DNA of 64,000 nt, from contig QBUL01000189.1 of assembly GCA_013180605.1 (NCBI GenBank), positions 2,483 through 66,482 of the forward strand, read 5' to 3'. The DNA comes from Candidatus Methanophagaceae archaeon GoMg1. GTDB taxonomy: Archaea > Halobacteriota > Syntropharchaeia > Alkanophagales > Methanospirareceae. Of this stretch, positions 19,594 to 30,188 are shown one piece after another. The position numbers were made by a program, and so were the translations under genes. Position 1 is the stretch's first letter. Every line of letters begins with the position of its first letter. The notes under the pieces were generated by a model. The model saw only the letters and a list, made by a program, of their open reading frames with translations, was not told where the DNA came from and made no database searches.

Positions 19594-21435
19594 ATGGCAA
19601 AAACAATAGGTATAGATGTAGGAACGAGCAATTCCGCTGCGGCTGCATTGATCGGTGGTAAGTCCACGATAATCCCAAGCGCGGAGGGGACAAGTCTTGG
19701 AGGCAAAGCATTCCCCTCGTATGTGGCATTTACGAAAGATGGGCAGATGCTGGTTGGAGAACCTGCGAAAAGGCAGGCGGTGTCCAATCCTGAAGGGACG
19801 GTGATGGCAATCAAGCGTAAGATGGGCACGGACTACAAGGTGAAGGTTCATGGCAAGGAATACACGCCACAGCAAATAACCGCTTTCATTCTCCAAAAGA
19901 TAAAACGTGACGCAGAAGCATTCTTGAGCGATAAAGTTGACAAGGCGGTCTTAACCGTGCCGGCATACTTCAATGACAACCAGAGGACTGCGACAAAGGA
20001 TGCAGGTGCGATTGCCGGTTTAGAAGTCGTCAGAATAATTAACGAACCCACAGCCGCGGCGCTTGCTTACGGAATTGACAAAGCAGAGAAAGAGCAGAAG
20101 ATCCTGGTATTCGATTTTGGCGGTGGCACACTTGACGTAACGACTATGGAGTTCAGCGAAGGTGTATTTGAGGTCATATCCACGAGTGGAGACACCCAAT
20201 TGGGAGGCACAGACATGGATAGCGCAATCGTGGATTACGTAGCGGAAGAGTTCAAGAAGGAATCGGGGATTGATGTGAGGAAGGATAGTATGGCGGTGCA
20301 AAGGCTGCGGGAGGCGAGTGAAAAGGCGAAGATAGAACTTTCTAATGTGCTTGAGACCGATATAAACCTGCCTTTCATCACCGCGGACGCCTCTGGACCG
20401 AAGCACCTCGTCATGAAACTCACGCGGGCAAAATTAGAGGAACTCGTGAGACCAATCGTGGATAAATGTAAAACTTCAGTAGACAGGGTATTACAGGATG
20501 CTAAACTCTCTCCCCCGGACATCACCAAAATCATTTTCGTTGGTGGACCGACGAGGATGCCAATAGTGCAGAAATTTGTCGAGGATTACGTGGGTGTGAA
20601 AGGAGAGCGTGGCGTTGACCCGATGGAATGCGTAGCGACGGGTGCTGCAATACAGGCAGGTGTTCTGACTGGCGAAGTAAAGGATGTACTGCTGCTGGAT
20701 GTCACTCCACTCTCGCTTGGTATTGAGACCTTAGGCGGCGTGTTCACCAAATTAATCGAAAGGAACACCACGATTCCCACGCGGAAGGGCGAAATATTTT
20801 CGACTGCAGCGGATAATCAAACGAGCGTAGAGATCAATGTTCTGCAAGGCGAGCGCGAATTTGCGAGGGATAACACTTCCCTTGGGAGGTTCCATCTGAT
20901 GGATATTCCGCCCGCGCCAAGAGGCGTGCCTCAAATTGAGGTTACCTTCGACATTGATTCCAACGGCATATTAAATGCCACAGCCAAGGACATGGGCACG
21001 GGGAAGCAGCAGGCAATCACAATCACAGCGTCAACTAAACTAGCTCAAAGTGAGATAGACAGGATGGTTGATGAGGCGACACGATTTGAAGATGAGGATA
21101 AAAGGCGTCGTGAAGCGGTGGAAACGAAAAATCAGGCTGAGAATCTTGTATATACCACTGAAAGGTCGCTCACGGATTTGGGCGATAAGGTCACGAGTGA
21201 CGAACGGACGAGGATTAATGCGATTACAGAACGATTGAAGGAGACAATAAAGAGCGAAGACGTCCACAAGATACGGGCTGAGATGGAGGAATTGACACGT
21301 GCATTCCACGAGATTTCAACGCGTGCATATCAACAAGCAGGAGCACAGTATCAGCAACGAGAAGGTCCAAAGGCAAAGGAAGAGAAAAAAGGGCCCGAGG
21401 ATGTGGAATACAAGGTGATGGATGAGGAGGAATGA
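19594..21435 (+). CDS. dnaK: Chaperone DnaK (Hsp70)
   Basis: [52 protein letters not shown]. Confidence 0.98.
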   Translation: MAKTIGIDVGTSNSAAAALIGGKSTIIPSAEGTSLGGKAFPSYVAFTKDGQMLVGEPAKRQAVSNPEGTVMAIKRKMGTDYKVKVHGKEYTPQQITAFILQKIKRDAEAFLSDKVDKAVLTVPAYFNDNQRTATKDAGAIAGLEVVRIINEPTAAALAYGIDKAEKEQKILVFDFGGGTLDVTTMEFSEGVFEVISTSGDTQLGGTDMDSAIVDYVAEEFKKESGIDVRKDSMAVQRLREASEKAKIELSNVLETDINLPFITADASGPKHLVMKLTRAKLEELVRPIVDKCKTSVDRVLQDAKLSPPDITKIIFVGGPTRMPIVQKFVEDYVGVKGERGVDPMECVATGAAIQAGVLTGEVKDVLLLDVTPLSLGIETLGGVFTKLIERNTTIPTRKGEIFSTAADNQTSVEINVLQGEREFARDNTSLGRFHLMDIPPAPRGVPQIEVTFDIDSNGILNATAKDMGTGKQQAITITASTKLAQSEIDRMVDEATRFEDEDKRRREAVETKNQAENLVYTTERSLTDLGDKVTSDERTRINAITERLKETIKSEDVHKIRAEMEELTRAFHEISTRAYQQAGAQYQQREGPKAKEEKKGPEDVEYKVMDEEE

Positions 21436-21451
21436 AAAAAGTGCATTTGTT

Positions 21452-21585
21452 TACCGCCGAGATCACGGAGAGCGCTGAGATGACGTGAAGGTATGAGTTG
21501 TAAGTAAGCCAAACTCCTCAAACCTGAACCCTCAAACCTCACACCTACGCTGACTCTCTGTGTTCTCTGCGGGCTTTGCGGTGAG
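21452..21585 (+). repeat. Family B hairpin repeat with internal 7-mer tandem units
   Basis: ACCGCCGAGATCACGGAGAGCGCTGA...; matches 60635-60775. Confidence 0.8.
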
Positions 21586-21602
21586 TAACAAGTACAAAAA
21601 TT

Positions 21603-21977
21603 TTAATCATTCCCTCTCCCCTCTCCAAGGTTCTTTATGCTTTTTACCCGAAATTTGTTGAGTTCAATGTCTTTTCCCTCCCGGAAAACATTCTCTATAA
21701 ACTTATTGCCTTCATCCATCATCCTGCGTATTTCAGGCGTGGTGTAGCCAATAGGTTCAATCTGTTTCGACTTCAAAAAGTATAATTTCGCCTGCCTCTT
21801 GAACCACTCATCCGGGAAGTCATCAGATACCAGAAGAAGGTCAATATCACTGTGCGGATAAAAGTCACCTCTGCTCCTCGAACCAAACAATACCACTCGC
21901 TTTAATCTAAACTCGCGGTCAACTCTTCTGCAATATTCGATTACCCGCTCTATTATTGAGCCCGTTTCTCTGCCCAT
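21603..21977 (-). CDS. Minimal nucleotidyltransferase (MNT antitoxin)
   Basis: VVLFGSRSRGD...SDIDLLLVSDDF. Confidence 0.9.
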   Translation of the reverse strand: MGRETGSIIERVIEYCRRVDREFRLKRVVLFGSRSRGDFYPHSDIDLLLVSDDFPDEWFKRQAKLYFLKSKQIEPIGYTTPEIRRMMDEGNKFIENVFREGKDIELNKFRVKSIKNLGEGRGND

Positions 21978-22017
21978 TCAAGCAACCTCCTGCTATTTTT
22001 TAGACATTCTTCACTTC
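21953..22017 (-). pseudogene. HEPN-domain gene C-terminal remnant overlapping the MNT start
   Basis: Reads SEECLKNSRRLLEWAEKRAQ*, resembling the last HEPN helix (A..CL..A...L.W); overlaps the MNT ATG. Confidence 0.5.
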
Positions 22018-22316
22018 TTTTGAGTAGACTTGTTGCTAATTAAAGATACTCCATACGCAAAGGCTTTTAGTTAGATAGGACAAGTATAATAAATTATGAT
22101 ATCTCTTAACGATAGGGTAATGAGAGCCACAACAGGGCTCTATCCGCATCAGAATTCAATCACCTGGCGAAGCGTTCCGGTCAAGCAAAAACAACTCTCT
22201 TTTAAGTGCTGTCTCTAACAGGCCAATCGCTGTCGCAACATCCGGAACCTCAAGCGTTATCATTTTGCATTTTGCATTGTCAGCACAAAAACCATCGGTT
22301 TTTTGTGTTGACTCGC

Positions 22317-24218
22317 CTAGACACCCCTGTTGAAATGCCCCCGAGTGTGTTTCCGCAGTACGGACTTTTTAGCGGGTTTTCCATCTAGGATATACCGGTA
22401 CAGACGAATTATCTTCTCTGCTTTCCCGTCTGTAAGGTCAAGAAAGAATTTCATTATTCCCGAATCCCGAAGCATGGTTATGTCGTTGAAGATACCAATG
22501 GGCAAGCTGTTAAGTATCTGAGTGTAATTGAATTCCTTTCGTACGGGAAAAGCAAAACCACGTTCGTCCTTCAACGATCGCACTTTAAGCGGATATTTGG
22601 TGGTCATAAGTACCGGTCTGCCGTGAACAAGAACCGCGAAATTTTTGTTCGCGAATTCCTGGAGCTCATCGCAATTGAGCTCCAGAGAGATTATCGGAAC
22701 GGCACCCTTAACAAAAGCCATATCTATATCGTTAAAGACGTTAGTGGAATAGTCGAGATAACTTTTGGATCCGGATAGCGCAGATAACAGCCCGCCGTTT
22801 CCGAGCAGTACCGCCTCTGAATCCTTCACCATACTTATAGCGTACTTTGCATTGGAGTCCGACAGGATCCGAGGGATATATGGTAACGCATCGGCATCGT
22901 GAAAATCGCGTGCGAAGACCGAGTAAAAGACATAGTCAGCACCTGCTCTTGATGCGCCCATTGCGTCCTCTTTAGAATATACCTTTGCTAATATCTCAAG
23001 ACCGTCTGATTCAGTCTTTTCGATTTCAGGTATTTGTAGCCGCTGCTTTGATCTTACCGGCGTGCCTATTTTGGGTTTTGGCTTTACAGGTGCATACTGA
23101 GTCTTCTTCCGTGACGAGGTCTTGTAGATTCTATCACCTGCATCTACACGGATGAACAGTTTTATTCTTTCGCCCGTACATGCTGAAGCGACCGAGCCAC
23201 CGTCTTTTTCCAGTCGCTTTATAACCGCGCCATCAATCCCGTTTTTGGTCCAGATGCTGATCCCGTCACTAACCGCGAGGTCTTCATGCAGTGTAATCAT
23301 TGTGTCCTCTTCAATCAGACCCAGAAAGACACCACGATTCTTCGGGCTGTCATCGGCTATGATCTCTCGTGCACCGAACATGTAGCCCTCGGTAAATCCG
23401 CGATTGAAAACAAGTGCTAACGCCTTCAATTCCTGTTCCGGCAGCCTGAAATTCCCAGCATAATATGAATCCACCGAAAGGCGGTAGACACGCGTTGCAA
23501 GTGCAGTATACTGCGGACTTCTGAGCCGCCCCTCGATCTTTAATGATGTCACTCCTGCCGATATTATCTCAGGAATCCTGCCGGCGAGGCATAACTCCTT
23601 TGTGCTCAACAGGTAGCTGTTGTTGTATCTCTTTCGGCACGGCTGTGCGCATACACCGCGGTTTCCACTTCTGCCACCTAATAAACTTGAGAATAGACAC
23701 TGGCCACTGTAACTGAAGCATAAAGCACCATGGACAAATACTTCGGTCTCTAGCCCTATCTTATCGACAAAATATTTTAGCTCTGCAAGTGTAAACTCCC
23801 TTGGAATCGTGACCCTATCGGCACCGGAAAGTAACGTAGAAAAGTAAGTGTTTGTTATCCCTGCCTGCGTTGACATATGGATTCTCAAATCTGGGAACGC
23901 ATCTTTAAGTATGCGTGCAAAAGAGATGTGCTGGATTATTATTCCGTCTATGCCACTGGCATATGCATCGGATATTGTATAGAAGAACTCACGCAGTTCA
24001 CTGTTTTTTATCAGGATATTAAATGCGCCGTATGCGCGTACACCATTATCATGTGCGTATGCTACGGCATCACGGAGCTGTTTTACAGTGAAACTCTCTG
24101 CACGCTGTCTCGCATTGAAGCTACCCACGCCGAAATAGACTGCATCTGCCCCGTTTTCTACTGCCGGCTTGAGTGATTTACAACCTCCTACTGGTGACAG
24201 AACTTCTACTTTTTTCAC
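22317..24218 (-). CDS. Peptidase U32-family protein (RlhA/TrhP-like RNA hydroxylase)
   Basis: GADAVYFG, H.STQ, EVFVHGALCFSYSGQC.FS...GGRSGNRGVCAQPCR, SLKIEGR. Confidence 0.9.
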   Translation of the reverse strand: MKKVEVLSPVGGCKSLKPAVENGADAVYFGVGSFNARQRAESFTVKQLRDAVAYAHDNGVRAYGAFNILIKNSELREFFYTISDAYASGIDGIIIQHISFARILKDAFPDLRIHMSTQAGITNTYFSTLLSGADRVTIPREFTLAELKYFVDKIGLETEVFVHGALCFSYSGQCLFSSLLGGRSGNRGVCAQPCRKRYNNSYLLSTKELCLAGRIPEIISAGVTSLKIEGRLRSPQYTALATRVYRLSVDSYYAGNFRLPEQELKALALVFNRGFTEGYMFGAREIIADDSPKNRGVFLGLIEEDTMITLHEDLAVSDGISIWTKNGIDGAVIKRLEKDGGSVASACTGERIKLFIRVDAGDRIYKTSSRKKTQYAPVKPKPKIGTPVRSKQRLQIPEIEKTESDGLEILAKVYSKEDAMGASRAGADYVFYSVFARDFHDADALPYIPRILSDSNAKYAISMVKDSEAVLLGNGGLLSALSGSKSYLDYSTNVFNDIDMAFVKGAVPIISLELNCDELQEFANKNFAVLVHGRPVLMTTKYPLKVRSLKDERGFAFPVRKEFNYTQILNSLPIGIFNDITMLRDSGIMKFFLDLTDGKAEKIIRLYRYILDGKPAKKSVLRKHTRGHFNRGV

Positions 24219-24238
24219 TATGATATAATATATATAAA

Positions 24239-24667
24239 ATGGAAAGATTTAAAAGGGTCTTCTTCTCGTGCTCGATGCGTGGTGGGTTTGGACGAGTCGC
24301 ACAGGAAGAGCTGAGGAAAATACCGGATATAATAGAAGAGCTGGGGATGGTGGTGATAAGCAGACATCAAACGAGCGAACGATTTATGGAAAGTGAGTCA
24401 CGATTGACAGATAAGGCGATTCACGATCGTGATTACGGATGGCTTAATGATGCAGACACGGTAATAGCAGAGATAACGAACCCGAGCCTCGGTGTCGGTG
24501 CGGAAATAGCAGATGCGGTTAACCTGGGTATTCCTGTGTTATGTGTATATAGAACAGATTATGAACGCCAGATTTCGGCATATATACGCGGTAAAGCGGG
24601 TGTTGTGTGTAGGGCATATTCAGATCATGACGAGCTGAAAGATGTGATCAGGGAGTTTGTGCTTTGA
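24239..24667 (+). CDS. Nucleoside 2-deoxyribosyltransferase / DNPH1-like N-glycosidase
   Basis: FFSCSMRGG, IHDRD..WL..AD.VIAEITNPSLGVG.E, ISAYIRG. Confidence 0.85.
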   Translation: MERFKRVFFSCSMRGGFGRVAQEELRKIPDIIEELGMVVISRHQTSERFMESESRLTDKAIHDRDYGWLNDADTVIAEITNPSLGVGAEIADAVNLGIPVLCVYRTDYERQISAYIRGKAGVVCRAYSDHDELKDVIREFVL

Positions 24668-24670
24668 TTC

Positions 24671-24774
24671 TTGTTGTATATAAGGTATAACTTCTACTTA
24701 TCCAAGACGCAGATTTACACTGATTTAATTTCTTCTGCGTTAATCAGCGTTAATCTGTGTCAATAATTAATTTT
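24671..24774 (-). repeat. Family A hairpin repeat (inverted, short loop)
   Basis: Reverse complement reads TTGACACAGATTAACGCTGATTAACGCAG...AATCAGTGTAAATCTGCGTC...GAAGTTATACCTTATATACAAC. Confidence 0.85.
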
Positions 24775-24945
24775 AGTTGGATATTATGCTTTCTTGTTAT
24801 TGGAGATGGACGGTATTTTTCAGAAAATATCTCATACATAATCATCGCTAACCTTTTTCTCGCTTCAGCTAAATCGAAGTCATATTCCTTTTCTTTTTCT
24901 TTATCTACAACTAATACCTATTCCTTTTTACTTTTAGATTCCTTT

Positions 24946-25743
24946 TCAGCTATCTCCAAAAGGCAAATCTTTAACTAATTGACTTATTTCTTCACGTTCG
25001 GGCTTGGTCTTTTTTTCATAAATGTCACTCAGTTTTGCCATCTCATCCATTGAAAGGTATTTAATTCCATTGTCGGTTATTAAACACATGTCCGTTGATT
25101 TTCCTACTCCCTGGGATACTTCTGCATTCCTCTTTGCTTCATAAACTAAATATACTGCGTGATTTATAGAATTTTTAGGCGTATAATTGTTTAACATAAA
25201 TGTTGAAAGGGCATGAAGTTCACCAGACCCAATAGCATTGTATCCTAATGAATCATAACAGTCTGAAACACCTGGATCACGAACACCATGGATATGCGCA
25301 CCTTCATTATCTAATCCTACAATCAGAATCTCTAATTCATATTCTGTCTCTTCTATTTTTTTATGTATACCGACAACGATCTCAGCAGGTAATGAATCTG
25401 CATACTCCTTATAAAACGACTCCAAAGTCATTCCCTTTGGTTTGAGATACAGCTCTTCTACCCTGTTTTTTCTTTGTTCCACAAAACTATCCTTAATGCT
25501 CTTGGTGATTCGTGAAACCAATGGCTTGGAGATAGTAGCAAGGTCAGATTTCACCTCTCTAAAGAGTTCTGTATGGGCTAAAGCAGAACCTGCCGTGAGG
25601 GCTACGCAAGTGTCTGAAAGTTCCTCTATTTTTGGTGTATCATGTTCAAATTCGATTGGGGGATACCAGGCAGTCACCATCTTGTCAGATGCCACTACCG
25701 CAGCTTTATATTCATCACATATCGCTCCGATACATATTGTCAT
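24946..25743 (-). CDS. Proteasome-beta-like Ntn hydrolase (stand-alone, no propeptide)
   Basis: Met-Thr N-terminus, VVASD, PKI, AGS and AIGSG motifs. Confidence 0.7.
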   Translation of the reverse strand: MTICIGAICDEYKAAVVASDKMVTAWYPPIEFEHDTPKIEELSDTCVALTAGSALAHTELFREVKSDLATISKPLVSRITKSIKDSFVEQRKNRVEELYLKPKGMTLESFYKEYADSLPAEIVVGIHKKIEETEYELEILIVGLDNEGAHIHGVRDPGVSDCYDSLGYNAIGSGELHALSTFMLNNYTPKNSINHAVYLVYEAKRNAEVSQGVGKSTDMCLITDNGIKYLSMDEMAKLSDIYEKKTKPEREEISQLVKDLPFGDS

Positions 25744-25834
25744 CCTATCCCTTTATCCCCCCCCTCGTCATTTCAATATTAAAGTAGTAGTTCATAATAT
25801 AAATTAATGCGGCTATTAAATAACATATATAGCT

Positions 25835-26977
25835 ATGCCAAAGAAAGATTATTACGAGATACTCGGCGTTAGCAGAGACGCCAAAGAGAAAGATATAAAA
25901 AAAGCATATCGAAGATTGGCAAAGCAATATCACCCCGATACATACAAAGGCGATAAAAAAGAGGCTGAGGAGAAGTTCAAAGAGATTTCTGAGGCATACG
26001 AGGTGCTGGTTGACAAGGATAAACGTGCGAAGTATGACCAGATTGGGTCAAGGGTAGCGGACGAAGCTTTTGGACCCGAAGGTTTCAATTGGAGCCACTT
26101 CACGCATTCTCAGGATGTTGAGGACATCTTCGGGAATGCAATATTTGATTCGTTCTTCAGGTCTGCCGCCAGTCCTGGATTTGCAGGCAGTGGTGGAATA
26201 TTTGACACCCTCTTTGGAACACGAGAAGGGATACAAAGACCGGTTGTTCGCGGCGTTAACGTGCGTTTGAATTTGGATATTACGCTTGAAGGTGCAGCTC
26301 TGGGTGCAGAAAAGACGATTGAAGTCCCGATGTCACGGACATGCAAAGCTTGTGGAGGTTCCGGAACTCGTTCCGGGAAATCCGGTGCGTGTCCCTATTG
26401 CAAAGGTACCGGTCAGATAAGAAACGTGCAAAATAGAGGGGGTACCCGCGTGATAACCGCTGCGGTCTGCCCTCAGTGCAGAGGCACGGGGAGAGCCACT
26501 TACGACCTCTGCAACGTATGCGGTGGAACGGGTACCGTATCAAAGCGAACAAAGATATTGCTTAAGATTAAGAAAGGTGCTTATACTGGCTATGAAATAA
26601 AGATACCAAAAGCTGGAAGAGCTCCAGAGTCCAGGATTGGCGGAGAACCAGGCGACCTGTACGTGGTATTAAACGTTTTACCACATCCAATCTTTGAAAG
26701 ACGAGGAGATGACCTTTATATGAAAACGCCGGTAAGTTTTGCCCAGGCAGCCCTGGGTGGTGAAGTCGTGGTCACCACAATAGACAAAAAACGTGTGAAG
26801 GTGAAAATCCCGTCGGAAACGCAGACAAATACGCAATTTCGCTTGCACAGACTGGGAATGCCAAGGATTGATGGTGGAGGTCGTGGAGATGTATATGTGG
26901 AGGCGGTCGTGCAAACGCCAAAGAATCTTACGGAGAGGCAGAAGGAACTGTTACGGGATGCGTTAGTTGATATGTGA
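25835..26977 (+). CDS. dnaJ: Chaperone DnaJ
   Basis: J domain with HPD, G/F-rich region, four CxxCxGxG repeats, GDLYV. Confidence 0.97.
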   Translation: MPKKDYYEILGVSRDAKEKDIKKAYRRLAKQYHPDTYKGDKKEAEEKFKEISEAYEVLVDKDKRAKYDQIGSRVADEAFGPEGFNWSHFTHSQDVEDIFGNAIFDSFFRSAASPGFAGSGGIFDTLFGTREGIQRPVVRGVNVRLNLDITLEGAALGAEKTIEVPMSRTCKACGGSGTRSGKSGACPYCKGTGQIRNVQNRGGTRVITAAVCPQCRGTGRATYDLCNVCGGTGTVSKRTKILLKIKKGAYTGYEIKIPKAGRAPESRIGGEPGDLYVVLNVLPHPIFERRGDDLYMKTPVSFAQAALGGEVVVTTIDKKRVKVKIPSETQTNTQFRLHRLGMPRIDGGGRGDVYVEAVVQTPKNLTERQKELLRDALVDM

Positions 26978-27111
26978 AAACTTAGAGATATTACTTTACA
27001 GGAGCTTTGCCCTTTTAAAATATCAAATAGTGATACACACTTTTTTTTCTGGCATATTTGGTAAGGTCGTTTACAGCAGTAATAGCAGGATTACCACTAC
27101 CAATTACCGCT

Positions 27112-28107
27112 TTACATTTGTGGCACAATATGCACGCCAACAATCATCGGATACGCACCGTATTCCAGCCTACCAATGCCGTAATCCGTATAAGTAAGAC
27201 CAACAGCGAGATAAGTATCGTTTTTCTTTAAATACAGGAGCATTCTCAGCCCGTAAGTCCAGCGATGCTTTTTCTTTAGCTCGTTCCATGTTTTGTAGAA
27301 GTCATCACACCTGCACGACCATCTTCGGTAGGTTCTGCCTGAGGAATCCTTGAAGTTAAAACGGATGTACAGTTCATAGCCTTTGCCTTTTCCCGTTTTC
27401 TTTCCCGCAGGCTCTTCATAGACATGCAAAATGCGTGGTTTTATCAATCCTAAGCTCCTGCCTCTTTTGAATACTTCATCTACTGAACCATCAACGTTTC
27501 GCTCTAAGAAATCTCTTTTCTCTTCTTCGCTTAGCTCCCTTTCCACGCTATCGGCATAAACAAAAAACCTGTCCTCTTTTCGTGGTCGCCTGCCTCTCCA
27601 CGCATCAACGTATATTTTTGAGATGCAGAGGTTTTTGAAATTTGCTCCTCCAGCTCCAGCACAAAAAACATCGTGTTCATAAACGCCTTGTGGCCTTATC
27701 CATTTACCGTTCTCGTCTATACCTGCGATGCAGACCCGTCCATGCTCAGGTCTTGCAACTGCCAGTACGGTAAGACGCTGCGCGGGTGCGCGATTTAACG
27801 GGGCAATATTCGCAGTAATCTCTGTTATTCGTGTGTATTTCCCTGCATTCACTCTTTTCTCGCTTCCTGCTCGCGCCGCATCAGGAACACGTGCGTTTTC
27901 TATCTTCAGCACGTCGCCTGCTTTTATATCGCCGTGAATAACGAGTTCTGCCTTTTCATCCCAGCACGATACCCTCTTGTAATCGAATTCATCGGCTATT
28001 ATGAGGTCAACGACCTTTTTGGTTTCGTCACCAACATCCACTTCTCTAAGTGGCATAATTCGAAGTACTTTTCCGGTTATGGTTATAGTTCTGGTTATGT
28101 TCGCCAT
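27112..28107 (-). CDS. OB-fold nucleic-acid-binding protein fused to an uncharacterised domain
   Basis: N-terminal RPA-like OB (ITGKV...LIIADE....VSCWD...GDVLKIENA); C-terminal VCIAGIDENGKWIRP...SLGLIKP domain. Confidence 0.65.
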   Translation of the reverse strand: MANITRTITITGKVLRIMPLREVDVGDETKKVVDLIIADEFDYKRVSCWDEKAELVIHGDIKAGDVLKIENARVPDAARAGSEKRVNAGKYTRITEITANIAPLNRAPAQRLTVLAVARPEHGRVCIAGIDENGKWIRPQGVYEHDVFCAGAGGANFKNLCISKIYVDAWRGRRPRKEDRFFVYADSVERELSEEEKRDFLERNVDGSVDEVFKRGRSLGLIKPRILHVYEEPAGKKTGKGKGYELYIRFNFKDSSGRTYRRWSCRCDDFYKTWNELKKKHRWTYGLRMLLYLKKNDTYLAVGLTYTDYGIGRLEYGAYPMIVGVHIVPQM

Positions 28108-28221
28108 TGCCGAAGCACCTGTAAATGTTCCTTTTTTCTTTAGTAAAAGTTTCTTTTTTTGTATCTAATCAGGTTTTTAAAGTTTTTCTTTTTTGATAAA
28201 ATAGCGGTTTGCGAAATTATC

Positions 28222-28264
28222 TCGTTGTATATAATGTATAGCTTCTTTCTATTTAGAGGATTTT
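28222..28264 (-). repeat. Family A right tail (inverted)
   Basis: Reverse complement reads TAAATAGAAAGAAGCTATACATTATATACAAC. Confidence 0.65.
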
Positions 28265-28402
28265 GATTTACTCCTTGTAATAGTCTCTTCTCTATATACT
28301 TTTGTGGTATTTTCACTCGTTTTTGGGTTCCTTTTTTTCAGCCCAGAATGAAAAATAGTGTGTGATAATCGTTAAAAAATCTAAAACAATCGTTTTATAA
28401 TT

Positions 28403-28905
28403 ATGCTCTGGTTCATATTCGCATTTTTAACGGCACTCTTCGAGGCAACGAAAGACGTCCTCAGCAAGAAAAGCCTGAAAGACATAGACGAATACGTAGT
28501 TGCATGGTCATTGCCGTGCTTTGCGCTGCCCTTTCTGTTACCCCTCCTGTTTTTTATATTTTTCTGATTGTTACAGGCTCGTATCTGCTGAACATAAACC
28601 ACAGTAAAAAATACCGATCTCATGGATATAAAAATAGATACCTTGCCCCGTTTAAAGCGCTGCTGAAAGAAAAAGGTCCAAGATTGATGCTGGTGGTGGC
28701 ATTCATCTGGAGTTTAACCGCCAACATTGACAAGATTGGACTGCAAAATTCGTCTCCACTCTTTTGGGTAATTGCCGTAGACATCTATGTTGCACTACTC
28801 ATGTTACCGCTATGTAACCTGATATTCAAAGAGAAGGGTATAAGAGAGCGATTAGTGGGTGCAATCGTGATGGTATTTGGTGTTTTATTTATAACGCTGT
28901 TTTAG
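28403..28905 (+). pseudogene. EamA/DMT transporter pseudogene (frameshift and internal deletions)
   Basis: One frame gives MLWFIFAFLTALFEATKDVLSKKSLK..., another gives LIVTGSYLLN...WSLTANIDK...FKEKGIRERLVGAIVM; far shorter than a two-domain EamA. Confidence 0.75.
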
Positions 28906-28931
28906 TATTTAAAAGCAAGGAAGTGCCTACC

Positions 28932-29978
28932 ATGTACCGTCCAAACTTCACCATTACGAACAAAATCCTCAACCACATAGCAGATATTTCTGCTTCTCGC
29001 GAGGTCATACTTAACGCACCGCTGCTCCCGAAATGGGAGGTCAAACTGAGAAAGGAAGCAATTCTAAAGATGACGCACCATTCTACAAGTATCGAAGGGA
29101 ACAGACTCACAATGGAAGAGGTTAATAGGCTGCTCCGCGGTGAAGATATAGCGGCATGGGAAAAGGACAAAAAAGAGGTCTTAGGATATGTGAAGGTTCT
29201 GGAATACATAGACAAGTTAGGAGAAAAAGGTGCTGACAATATTACTGAGGACATAATCCTGGAAATACACAGGTTAAATACCATGGGAATTCTTACGGAT
29301 TCCGAAGCCGGGCACTATCGAAAAGTGGAGGTAGCAGTGGTTAACGGTCTGGGAAGGGTAACCTTTCAACCACCGGAAGCATCACAAGTTCCCGCTTTAA
29401 TGCACGATTTTGTTGCTTGGCTAAACGGTAAAGAAGCAAAAGAATTATATTACACTGTTTTGGTGAGCGGGATTGCACATTACGAACTCGTTCGGATACA
29501 CCCATTTGTAGATGGCAACGGTAGAACTGCGCGGGCACTGGCAACGTTGATTCTATACCTCCGCGATTTTGACACGAAACGTTTTTTTGCGTTGGATGAT
29601 TATTATAATGAAGAACGCAGCAGATACTACGCAGCTCTGCAAACCGTTGACCAAGAAACAATAAACATCTCACAATGGTTAGAGTACTTTACGGAAGGCG
29701 TTGCAGTAAGTATGGGACGCGTGAAACAAGCCATTTTAGACCTGAGTGTAGACCTGCATCTAAAAGAACAAAGGGGACAAATATACTTAAACGATAGGCA
29801 GATGAAGATTCTCAAGTATCTTCAGACTAATCCAAGAATTACCATCAGTGAGATACAGAAAATGTTCGATAAAAAAATTAGTAGAGACACTGCAAACCGT
29901 GCTCTCAAACCACTGTTAGAAAATAAGTTGGTGAAAAGGATAGGTAAAGGGAGGGCGATATACTATGAACTGGCATAA
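28932..29978 (+). CDS. Fic-family protein with C-terminal winged HTH
   Basis: HHSTSIEGN and the canonical HPFVDGNGRTAR motif; C-terminal HTH (SRDTANRALK...GKGRAIYY). Confidence 0.95.
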   Translation: MYRPNFTITNKILNHIADISASREVILNAPLLPKWEVKLRKEAILKMTHHSTSIEGNRLTMEEVNRLLRGEDIAAWEKDKKEVLGYVKVLEYIDKLGEKGADNITEDIILEIHRLNTMGILTDSEAGHYRKVEVAVVNGLGRVTFQPPEASQVPALMHDFVAWLNGKEAKELYYTVLVSGIAHYELVRIHPFVDGNGRTARALATLILYLRDFDTKRFFALDDYYNEERSRYYAALQTVDQETINISQWLEYFTEGVAVSMGRVKQAILDLSVDLHLKEQRGQIYLNDRQMKILKYLQTNPRITISEIQKMFDKKISRDTANRALKPLLENKLVKRIGKGRAIYYELA

Positions 29979-30020
29979 TGTAAACAATCGTCAGATTATC
30001 GTCAGATTATCGTCAGGTGG

Positions 30021-30188
30021 GGCACAGTCTAAAAATATAGTGATTTATCACCGCGGAGAGCGCCGAGTCCGCAGAGTTTTAAGACTGTTTCAATCGTTGC
30101 TCGTTTTTTCTGGTGCCTCTGCGTTCTCCGTGTGCTCTGCGGTGATTTTTGAGGATATAGCAATTTCACTGAAAAATTTGACAGTGCC
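30021..30188. mobile_element. MITE with GGCAC(A/T)GTC TIRs and a 9-bp TSD, carrying an internal family B hairpin
   Basis: Left end GGCACAGTCTAAA, right end TTTGACAGTGCC; GTCAGGTGG at both 30012-30020 and 30189-30197. Confidence 0.85.

Noticed and set aside
29988-30017. 11-bp tandem repeat TCGTCAGATTA (about three units) after the Fic gene
   Set aside because: Too short to assign a function; it partly forms the MITE target site
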